From an uncultured bacterium (GTDB taxonomy: Bacteria > Acidobacteriota > Polarisedimenticolia > Gp22-AA2), in the NCBI GenBank assembly GCA_965371335.1, contig CBDUYA010000092.1:1-10148 (forward strand): a stretch of DNA of 10,148 nt, given 5' to 3'. Shown piece after piece: positions 1-6,275 of the stretch. Position numbers and translations under genes: made by a program. Numbering within the stretch: the first letter of the stretch is position 1; each line of letters begins with the position of its first letter. The notes under the pieces were generated by a model that saw only the letters and a program-made list of their open reading frames with translations, searched no databases and was not told the DNA's origin.

Positions 1-1521
1 TCACCTTCATCTCGCCGCTGGGAATATCTGATCGGGATCGAGGCGATCCTGCTTCGGGTTGAATGCGACATCGCTCGCGGCCTTCCGGGGGTCCACATGG
101 TCGGTCTCCCCGATGCGGCGGTGCGCGAAAGCGCCGATCGAGTGCGCTCGGCTCTGCGCAGCGCCGGATTCCGGATCCCGCCTCGCCGCATCACCATCAA
201 TCTCGCCCCGGCCGATCTCCGCAAACAGGGTTCCGCTCTCGATCTGCCGATCGCTCTCGGGATTCTCGCCGCAAGAGGAAAGGTGCCGGCGGAGCCGCTG
301 GCAGGCCTCCTGGTGATGGGCGAACTGGCCCTCGATGGCTCGGTTCGCGGTGTGCCCGGGTGCCTGCCGGCCGCTCTGGTGGCGCGTGCGCACAAACTCA
401 GGGGACTGATCGTGCCGATCGACAACCGGGAGGAGGGACTGGCGGTCCCCGGACCGGAGGTCTTCACCGCCGGCCACCTCAACGATGCCATCGCAGTTCT
501 GCGGGGCGAACGGAGGCCCGAGCGAAGGGACGCTCCAAGGGATCAGCCGAGGGGCGGGGAGCAGCTACCCGATCTCGCCGATATCCGCGGACAGCTCTGC
601 GCGCGGCGGGCCCTGGAGGTCGCGGCGGCGGGCGCCCATCACCTGCTGATGGTCGGCCCCCCGGGGTGTGGGAAGACGATGCTGGCGACCCGCTTCCCCG
701 GGATTCTGCCGCCGCTCGAATTGGAAGAGGCGATTGAGATTACCTCGATCTACAGTGCCGCGGGACTGATTTCCGGCGCTGGCCTGATGAAGCGGCGCCC
801 GTTCCGGGCGCCACACCACACCATCAGCGGTGTCGGGCTCGTCGGGGGCGGGCGGGGACCGCGCCCTGGAGAAGTGACGCTGGCCCACCATGGGGTTCTG
901 TTCATGGATGAGCTTCCCGAGTTCGGCAGGGGAACGCTCGATGTGCTGCGACAGCCTGTCGAGGAAGGAGCGGTGCGTCTGACCCGGGCGAACCGAACCA
1001 CCCTCCTGCCGGCCCGTTTTGCCCTGGTGGCGGCGATGAACCGCTGCCCGTGCGGTCAACTCGGGCGGAGCGATCGGCCCTGCGGCTGCACGCCGGCGGC
1101 GGTGGCGTCCTATCGGGCGCGGGTCTCGGGCCCTCTCCTCGACCGCTTCGACATCCAGGTCGAGCTGGCGCCGGTCTCGCTGGCCGAACTCGGCCAGGAC
1201 AGTCCCGCCGAGGACAGCGGTGTCGTGGCGGCGCGGGTCGAACGGGCCCGTCAGTGGGGGCGGGAGCGGGAACGCCGGGCGGGCGCCTCGAGGGCCCCGC
1301 GAGGCCGGCGCCGGCGGGCGGCGGTGGCCGACCTCGACCGGCCGGCGCGGCGTCTCCTGCTGACAGCGGTGAGCAGGCTGGGGCTCTCGGCCCGGGCCCA
1401 CGACGCCATCGTCCGGGTGGCCCGCACCATCGCCGATCTGTCAGAAAGCGAGGCAATCGGGGTGCCTCATGTCGCCGAAGCGGCACAGTACCGTGCGTTC
1501 GATCGGAGTGAGGAGGCCTGA
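1..1521 (+). CDS. comM: YifB/ComM family Mg-chelatase-like AAA+ ATPase, 5'-partial (start codon lies just upstream of window; roughly 2-3 codons missing)
   Basis: Frame 1 is open from nt 1. Translation ...VECDIARGLPGVHMVGLPDAAVRESADRVRSAL... aligns with the YifB N-terminus ([33 protein letters not shown]). Walker A GPPGCGKT near nt 650. CPCG...CGC zinc-finger-like motif. C-terminal ...RVARTIADL...YRAFDR signature. Stop TGA at 1519-1521. No in-frame start codon between nt 1 and the homologous region, so the CDS is truncated by the window edge. Confidence 0.9.
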   Translation, partial: SPSSRRWEYLIGIEAILLRVECDIARGLPGVHMVGLPDAAVRESADRVRSALRSAGFRIPPRRITINLAPADLRKQGSALDLPIALGILAARGKVPAEPLAGLLVMGELALDGSVRGVPGCLPAALVARAHKLRGLIVPIDNREEGLAVPGPEVFTAGHLNDAIAVLRGERRPERRDAPRDQPRGGEQLPDLADIRGQLCARRALEVAAAGAHHLLMVGPPGCGKTMLATRFPGILPPLELEEAIEITSIYSAAGLISGAGLMKRRPFRAPHHTISGVGLVGGGRGPRPGEVTLAHHGVLFMDELPEFGRGTLDVLRQPVEEGAVRLTRANRTTLLPARFALVAAMNRCPCGQLGRSDRPCGCTPAAVASYRARVSGPLLDRFDIQVELAPVSLAELGQDSPAEDSGVVAARVERARQWGRERERRAGASRAPRGRRRRAAVADLDRPARRLLLTAVSRLGLSARAHDAIVRVARTIADLSESEAIGVPHVAEAAQYRAFDRSEEA

Positions 1522-1560
1522 CTGAAAGTGCGGCCACGACCGGTCGGAATGGATGCCCGA

Positions 1561-1590
1561 TTGACATGCCCGCGACCTTTTGGCTAGGAT
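1561..1590 (+). promoter_or_regulatory. Sigma70-like promoter candidate (TTGACA-N18-TAGGAT) upstream of the anti-sigma-factor/antagonist operon
   Basis: TTGACA at 1561-1566 and TAGGAT at 1585-1590 with an 18-nt spacer, in the 164-bp intergenic gap after comM. The -35 is a perfect match and the -10 matches at 4/6 positions. Sequence-only prediction. Confidence 0.35.
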
Positions 1591-1685
1591 TCCCTATCCG
1601 GATCAGATGAGCGATGAGCGGCCGGCGCCTGGGGCCATCGAGCGGGCCCAACTTCGCGAATCCGGCTTCGTGGAGTGTCCGCAGC

Positions 1686-2141
1686 GTGGGTACCAAGATC
1701 AAACTCGCACTGGGAAGCCGTATCAACTACGTCGATCTCGTCCATGAGATGGCGGAAGATCTCGCTCGCGGATCCCATTTCCCGAAGGCGGCGGCGCTCG
1801 ATATCGCCCTGGCGGTGCGAGAAGCATTCATCAACGCCGTCAAACACGGCAACGACAACGACGCGGCCAAGAAGATCGAGGTGGAATTCGAAACGAACGC
1901 CAGCCGCTTCATCGTCCGGGTGAGAGACGAGGGCGAGGGGTTTGATTGGGATCGGCCGGCCGACCCCCTGGCGGAGGAGAATATCTCGCGCCCTTGCGGC
2001 CGGGGTATATTCTTCATGAAGCACTTCGTGGATCGAGTGGCCTTTCAGAAGCTCCCGGGCAAGGGCACGGAGGTTCTGCTCGAAAAACACCTGCAACCGG
2101 CCGCCGGCGACGGAGAGGCCATGAAACGGAGGAAGGAATGA
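1686..2141 (+). CDS. Anti-sigma regulatory factor, GHKL/HATPase_c serine protein kinase (RsbW/SpoIIAB/BtrW-like)
   Basis: N-box EAFINAVKHGN, G1 DEGEGFD and G2 GRGIFFMKHF are laid out as in SpoIIAB/RsbW. Predicted size 151 aa fits the family. Start chosen as GTG 1686, with GGAG at 1672-1675 (10-nt spacing). The ORF-track start ATG 1614 is in the same frame and would add 24 aa (MSGRRLGPSSGPNFANPASWSVRS) with no SD. Stop TGA at 2139-2141. Confidence 0.8.
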   Translation: MGTKIKLALGSRINYVDLVHEMAEDLARGSHFPKAAALDIALAVREAFINAVKHGNDNDAAKKIEVEFETNASRFIVRVRDEGEGFDWDRPADPLAEENISRPCGRGIFFMKHFVDRVAFQKLPGKGTEVLLEKHLQPAAGDGEAMKRRKE

Positions 2142-2473
2142 AGTCGAGCGTGCGCCAGGATGGCAACGCAACCGTCATTAATCTGTCCGGAAAGATTACG
2201 ATCGGAGATGGCGACCTGAAGCTGCGCGAGGTGGTGAACACTCAGCTGGACGAGGGGCGCAAGGCGATCCTCCTCAACCTGAGCAGTGTCTCCTACATGG
2301 ACAGCGCCGGCATTGGAGAGCTCGTCGCCTGCTTCAAGCGCGCGGTGGAGAAGGGGGCGAAGATCAAACTGGTGAATCCGAGCGGCAAAGTCCAGGACCT
2401 GCTCATCCTGACCCGTCTGCAGGAGATCTTCGAGATCTTCCGCGATGAGCGGGAAGCCCTCAGCAGCTTCTGA
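2138..2473 (+). CDS. Anti-sigma factor antagonist, STAS domain (SpoIIAA/RsbV-like), 111 aa
   Basis: ATG 2138-2140 overlaps the upstream TGA 2139-2141 (ATGA coupling) and is preceded by GGAGGAAGG. Translation MKSSVRQDGNATVINLSGKI... contains LNLSSVSYMDSAGIGELV, matching the SpoIIAA phospho-site motif (DLS.V.F.DSSG.G). The conserved phosphorylatable Ser is present. Stop TGA at 2471-2473. Confidence 0.85.
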   Translation: MKSSVRQDGNATVINLSGKITIGDGDLKLREVVNTQLDEGRKAILLNLSSVSYMDSAGIGELVACFKRAVEKGAKIKLVNPSGKVQDLLILTRLQEIFEIFRDEREALSSF

Positions 2474-2507
2474 TCCCTCCGCCCCCGGCCGTCATCCCGG
2501 CTTTTCG

Positions 2508-5177
2508 TCAATCGGGGAGCTTTTTCTTCAACTCCGCAAGAAAATTGAGCGCTTCCAGCGGGGAGAGTGCGTCGAGGTCGGCGCTCCTCAGGGCCCCGAT
2601 CGCGGGATCCTCCTCGGGCGGGAACAGGCCGAGCTGGGAGGATCGTTCACCCTCCTCCTGCAGAATCCCACCTTCCGGGGCTGCGTGCAGGCGGCGCGCC
2701 AGCTTCGGTTTTCCGTCCCGCGACAGCTCGTCGCGTTCAAGATTGAGCAGAACCTCGCGCGCCCGCTCGATGACCGGGGAGGGGATTCCGGCGAGGCGGG
2801 CGACCTGGATGCCGTAGGAGCGGTCGGCGGCGCCGTCCTCGACCCGTCGAAGAAACACGATCGAATCGTTCCATTCGCGCACCCGCATGGTGAGATTCCT
2901 GACCCTCTTTCTGAGCAGCGCGAGCTCCGTCATCTCGTGATAGTGGGTGGCGAAGATGGTGCGCGCCGCGACCTCCGGTGTGTCGTGAAGATACTCCACC
3001 ACGGACCAGGCGATCGACAGGCCATCGAAGGTCGAGGTGCCCCGCCCCACCTCATCGAGCAGGATGAGCGATCTCGGCGTGGCATTGTTGAGGATGTTGG
3101 CCGTCTCGTTCATCTCAACCAGAAAGGTGCTTTGTCCGCGGGCCAGATTGTCGGACGCGCCGACACGACTGAAGATCCGATCCACCAGGCCGATTTCGGC
3201 CTCGGCAGCGGGAACGAAGGACCCGGCCTGCGCCATCAGAACGATGAGAGCGACCTGCCGAAGGTAGGTCGATTTCCCCCCCATGTTCGGGCCGGTGAGG
3301 ATCAGGACCTGGCGGGTCACATCGTCCATCAGGCAGTCGTTGGGAATGAATCGCTCCTTCTGGAGCAGTCGCTCCACGACCGGATGCCGGCCTTCGGTGA
3401 TGCGGATCTCCTTGCCCTCGCTCACCCGGGGGCGCACGTATCCGTGGCGCGCCGCCGCCTCGGCCAGGGCCCCAAGGGCGTCGATGACGGCGAGAGCGTG
3501 GGCCGTCGCGCGGAGCCGGGGGGCAACCTCCACCACCTCGTTGCGCAGCGCGACAAACAGGTCGTACTCGATGGCGGCGATGCGTTCCTGAGCGTTCAGC
3601 ACCCGCGCCTCATACTCCTTCAGCTCCGGCGTGATATAGCGCTCGGCGTTCACCAGGGTCTGCTTGCGCACGTATTCGCCGGGCACCCGATCGCGATTGG
3701 CGTTGCTGATCTCGATGTAGTACCCGAAGACCTTGTTGTAGCGCACCTTGAGGGAGGTGATCCCGGTGCGCTGGCGCTCCCGTTTCTCCACCGCGGCAAG
3801 ATAGGCGTGTCCGTCACGTCTGAGGCCGCGCAGCTCGTCCAGATCGGCGTGAAAGCCGACCCGGATAATCCCGCCGTCTCTGAGCGTGGCGGGTGGCTCG
3901 TCGGCCAGAGCCTGCGAAAGGCGATCGTGGAGTTCGCCGAGGGTGTCGAGACCGGTGACCAGCCGGGAGAGAAGAGGGGGTGTGAGAGCGACCGCCCGAG
4001 CCGCAATGGGCGGCAGGGCGCCGAGCGAATCCCGCAGCGCGGCGAGATCCCGGCCGTTCGCCGCCCCGAGAGAACAGCGTGCGAGAAGGCGCTCGAGGTC
4101 GTGTACGTCGCGCAGCCGGGTCGCCAGTTCCGCGCGCTCCGTCGTCTGTTCGACCAGGAAGCCGACCGCATCAAGCCGCTCTTCGATGCGCGATACCGAC
4201 AGCAGTGGTGCGAGGAGCCAGCCGCGCAACATGCGGGCGCCCATGGCGGTCTCGGTCCGATCGAGAACAGCCAGCAAGGTGCCGTCCCGGCCTCCGTCAC
4301 CGGCATTTGCCACCACCTCGAGGGTCCGGCGCGTGGTCGTGTCGAGCCTCATTTTCTCAGCCGGCTCGTGCCAGGCGAGGCGGGTGACATGTTTGAGGTC
4401 GGTCTTCTGCGTGCCCTGCAGGTAACGGATGAGGGCTCCGGCGGCGCCGATCGCGATATCGTGGCCGTCGCACCCGAACCCGTCGAGCGAGGCGGTTCCG
4501 AAACGACTCAGCAGTGTTTCGTACGCGGTATCCCTGGCGAAGGTCCACGATGGGGCGTCGCTGATCAGGGAGCGCTCCAGCGTCTCTGGGGCGAGGACGT
4601 CATTCAGGGAGGTGCCTTCGGGCTGGAGGATTTCCCTTGGAGCGAAAGCGGCGACCTCGTCCCGCACGGTCTCCCGGGCCGACTCACCCCGATGCTCTGA
4701 GAGGCGAAATTCTCCGGTCGACAGATCGAGATAGGCGCAGCCGAAGCCGTCGGAGGGGCGGCCGCGGGCGGGCGAACCGGCGGCTACCAGCGCGGCGATG
4801 TAGTTCGGCTCGCGCTCCGGCAGCTGCGACGGGTCGGTCATGGTGCCGGGGGAAACGACCCTCGTTACGGCCCTCCTGACGATTCCCCGGGCCAGCTTCG
4901 CATCCTCGACCTGGTCGCAGATCGCGACGCGGTGCCCCTGACGGACAAGTCGGGCGATGTAGCCTTCGGCCGCATGGAAGGGGACGCCACACATCGGCAT
5001 TTCGTTGGGGGAGCCGCGGTGCCGGGCGGTCAGGGTGAGGGAGAGCGCTTTCGAGGCGACGACGGCATCGTCGTAGAACATCTCATAGAAATCCCCGAGC
5101 CGAAACATGAGAATGGCGTTCTGGTGCTCCGCCTTCACCTGGCGGTACTGCTGCAGCATCGGGGATGCCTGAGTCAT
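2508..5177 (-). CDS. mutS: DNA mismatch repair protein MutS
   Basis: Translation starts ...MTQASPMLQQYRQVKAEHQNAILMFRLGDFYEMFYDDA...GVPFHAAEGYIARLV..., the canonical MutS N-terminal mismatch-binding domain. Walker A GPNMGGKST. C-terminal ...DGLSIAWSVVEYL...THYHE. I prefer the second in-frame ATG (5177) because AAGGAG sits 8 nt upstream on the minus strand. The track start 5192 would add 5 aa (MSRRP) and has no SD. Confidence 0.95.
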   Translation of the reverse strand: MTQASPMLQQYRQVKAEHQNAILMFRLGDFYEMFYDDAVVASKALSLTLTARHRGSPNEMPMCGVPFHAAEGYIARLVRQGHRVAICDQVEDAKLARGIVRRAVTRVVSPGTMTDPSQLPEREPNYIAALVAAGSPARGRPSDGFGCAYLDLSTGEFRLSEHRGESARETVRDEVAAFAPREILQPEGTSLNDVLAPETLERSLISDAPSWTFARDTAYETLLSRFGTASLDGFGCDGHDIAIGAAGALIRYLQGTQKTDLKHVTRLAWHEPAEKMRLDTTTRRTLEVVANAGDGGRDGTLLAVLDRTETAMGARMLRGWLLAPLLSVSRIEERLDAVGFLVEQTTERAELATRLRDVHDLERLLARCSLGAANGRDLAALRDSLGALPPIAARAVALTPPLLSRLVTGLDTLGELHDRLSQALADEPPATLRDGGIIRVGFHADLDELRGLRRDGHAYLAAVEKRERQRTGITSLKVRYNKVFGYYIEISNANRDRVPGEYVRKQTLVNAERYITPELKEYEARVLNAQERIAAIEYDLFVALRNEVVEVAPRLRATAHALAVIDALGALAEAAARHGYVRPRVSEGKEIRITEGRHPVVERLLQKERFIPNDCLMDDVTRQVLILTGPNMGGKSTYLRQVALIVLMAQAGSFVPAAEAEIGLVDRIFSRVGASDNLARGQSTFLVEMNETANILNNATPRSLILLDEVGRGTSTFDGLSIAWSVVEYLHDTPEVAARTIFATHYHEMTELALLRKRVRNLTMRVREWNDSIVFLRRVEDGAADRSYGIQVARLAGIPSPVIERAREVLLNLERDELSRDGKPKLARRLHAAPEGGILQEEGERSSQLGLFPPEEDPAIGALRSADLDALSPLEALNFLAELKKKLPD

Positions 5178-5185
5178 GGGTCTCC

Positions 5186-5214
5186 TTGACATCGAGGGCA
5201 GTCGCTATTATAAA
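5186..5214 (+). promoter_or_regulatory. Near-consensus sigma70 promoter (TTGACA-N17-TATAAA) for the DUF4870-DedA operon
   Basis: TTGACA at 5186-5191 and TATAAA at 5209-5214 with a 17-nt spacer. It lies in the only AT-rich island of the window (TATTATAAAT, 5206-5215). Predicted +1 is near 5221-5223, 36-38 nt before ATG 5259. Confidence 0.4.
5207..5212 (-). promoter_or_regulatory. Perfect TATAAT -10 hexamer on the minus strand, candidate mutS promoter; overlaps the plus-strand -10
   Basis: Plus-strand ATTATA at 5207-5212 reads TATAAT on the minus strand, about 30 nt upstream of the preferred mutS start. No convincing -35 is present (best is TATGAG, 3/6). The divergent -10 elements overlap back-to-back. 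Confidence 0.3.
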
Positions 5215-5222
5215 TCGAGCGC

Positions 5223-5245
5223 CCTGCGGCTCATACACCCGCAGG
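5223..5245 (+). promoter_or_regulatory. Perfect 7-bp inverted repeat CCTGCGG-N9-CCGCAGG, followed by TTTCT; hairpin or operator at the predicted +1 of the DUF4870-DedA transcript
   Basis: Nt 5223-5229 CCTGCGG pair with nt 5239-5245 CCGCAGG (7/7 Watson-Crick) around the loop CTCATACAC. The element sits between the predicted -10 (5209-5214) and start codon 5259, inside the divergent mutS/DUF4870 control region. Confidence 0.4.
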
Positions 5246-5258
5246 CTTTCTAAATGCG

Positions 5259-5636
5259 ATGACCGAACCCCTGCCGATCGAAGAAAACGTCATGAGCGCC
5301 GAGGACCTCATGGAAGAGGACAAGATCATGCTGGTCTTTTCCTACCTGTGGGTCCTGGCACTGGTGCCCTTCATGGTCACCCGCCGCGCCTACGTCCGCT
5401 GGCATGCCAAGCAGGGGATGATTCTGTGCGGCGTCTCGACCCTGATCTTTCTGGCGATCATTTTCGTCGGCGCCATTCTGGCGACCATTTCAAAGATCTT
5501 TGCCTGGTTGTTCGCTTTCGCGCTCCTGAACGTCGCCTTTCTCTACCTGGCTCTCGCTCTCGTCTGCATCATCAAGGCGTTGCGCGGAGAGCGCTGGGCG
5601 ATCCCCTTTCTCGGCGATCTGGTCGAAAAGATCTAA
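5259..5636 (+). CDS. DUF4870 family small integral membrane protein (about 125 aa, 3 predicted TM segments)
   Basis: ...DKIMLVFSYLWVLALVPFMVTRRAYVRWHAKQGMILCGV... matches the DUF4870 signature (sYL...p.i....d.fVrfHAkQ). Strongly hydrophobic helices follow. Stop TAA at 5634-5636. The ATG at 5254 in another frame hits a stop after 2 codons. Internal alternative starts at M12 and M18 cannot be excluded. Confidence 0.75.
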   Translation: MTEPLPIEENVMSAEDLMEEDKIMLVFSYLWVLALVPFMVTRRAYVRWHAKQGMILCGVSTLIFLAIIFVGAILATISKIFAWLFAFALLNVAFLYLALALVCIIKALRGERWAIPFLGDLVEKI

Positions 5637-5651
5637 GGTCGTGGCCGCCGC

Positions 5652-6275
5652 ATGATCGAGGCGATCCACAACACACTGCAGGCCTATCCGTGGATGGGAC
5701 TCCTGCTGGTCGTTCTGCTGGCCTGGCTGGAGTATGTCTTCCCGCCGGTGCCGGGAGACTCGATCATGCTGTTCGCCTGTTTTCTGGCCGGCGCCGGCAG
5801 CCTGTCGTTGTCGCTCACGCTGGCGGCGTGTCTCGCCGGGAGCATCGCCGGGGCGATGACCGCCTACGCCATCGGAGCCCGGCTGGGCCGCTCCTATTTC
5901 TTCCTGCGATCCGCCTGGGCGCGGGCCGAGCTGGAACGGCTGGAGCGCGGGTTTGCCCGCTTTGGTGCGAAAGTTCTCCTGATCAACCGGTTCCTGCCGG
6001 GAGTGCGCGGTGTGTTCCTCTACGCGGCCGGTATCGGGCGTCTTCCCTGGCGTGCGGTCTTTATTCACTCGACTCTCAGCAACATCTGCTGGGTCGCCCT
6101 GATCGCCTGGGGAGGGATTCATCTGGGATCGTCGTGGGAGGAAGTGCAGGCCGTCTTCCGCCGCTACGTATGGGCCATTGCAATCGGTCTGACCGTCTAC
6201 TTCGTGTTCCGCGTGGGGCGGGCCCGTCAGCTTCGTCGCCGCAACCGGGACAACCCGGTCACCCCCTCTACCTGA
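5652..6275 (+). CDS. DedA/VTT (SNARE-associated, TVP38/TMEM41-like) family membrane protein
   Basis: The N-terminal ...LLAWLEYVFPPVPGDSIMLFA... motif (E/D..P.iPGE/D) is diagnostic of DedA proteins. Multiple TM helices and the ...INRFLPGVRGVF... re-entrant region are present. Begins 15 nt after the DUF4870 stop on the same strand, so the two are probably co-transcribed. Confidence 0.85.
   Translation: MIEAIHNTLQAYPWMGLLLVVLLAWLEYVFPPVPGDSIMLFACFLAGAGSLSLSLTLAACLAGSIAGAMTAYAIGARLGRSYFFLRSAWARAELERLERGFARFGAKVLLINRFLPGVRGVFLYAAGIGRLPWRAVFIHSTLSNICWVALIAWGGIHLGSSWEEVQAVFRRYVWAIAIGLTVYFVFRVGRARQLRRRNRDNPVTPST

Noticed and set aside
63-1726. Several long ORFs overlapping comM (63..737 plus; 565..1401, 750..1001 and 902..1726 minus; 1050..1511 plus)
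   Set aside because: All lie within or antisense to the well-supported ComM frame. The products are Arg/Pro/Gly-rich with no motifs, so they are GC-rich shadow ORFs.
1607-1744. 45-codon plus-strand ORF starting at ATG 1607 in the leader of the anti-sigma-factor gene (possible leader peptide or uORF)
   Set aside because: No SD is present. It runs out of frame into the kinase coding region and the peptide has no notable features. It is more likely a chance ORF, but it cannot be fully excluded as a uORF.
2474-2530. Rho-independent terminator between the convergent antagonist gene and mutS
   Set aside because: Only a 4-bp CCGG:CCGG pairing precedes the CTTTT run. The stronger T-tract (GAGCTTTTTCTTC, 2517-2530) lies inside the mutS coding 3' end and has no convincing upstream stem. 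The terminator is undetermined, not confidently annotatable.
2445-4700. 751-aa ORF on the plus strand spanning most of the mutS locus
   Set aside because: It is antisense to an unambiguous MutS coding sequence. The product is Arg/Gly/Pro/Asp-rich with no recognisable motifs. It is a typical shadow ORF of high-GC DNA, where the reverse frame of GC3-rich coding sequence lacks stops.
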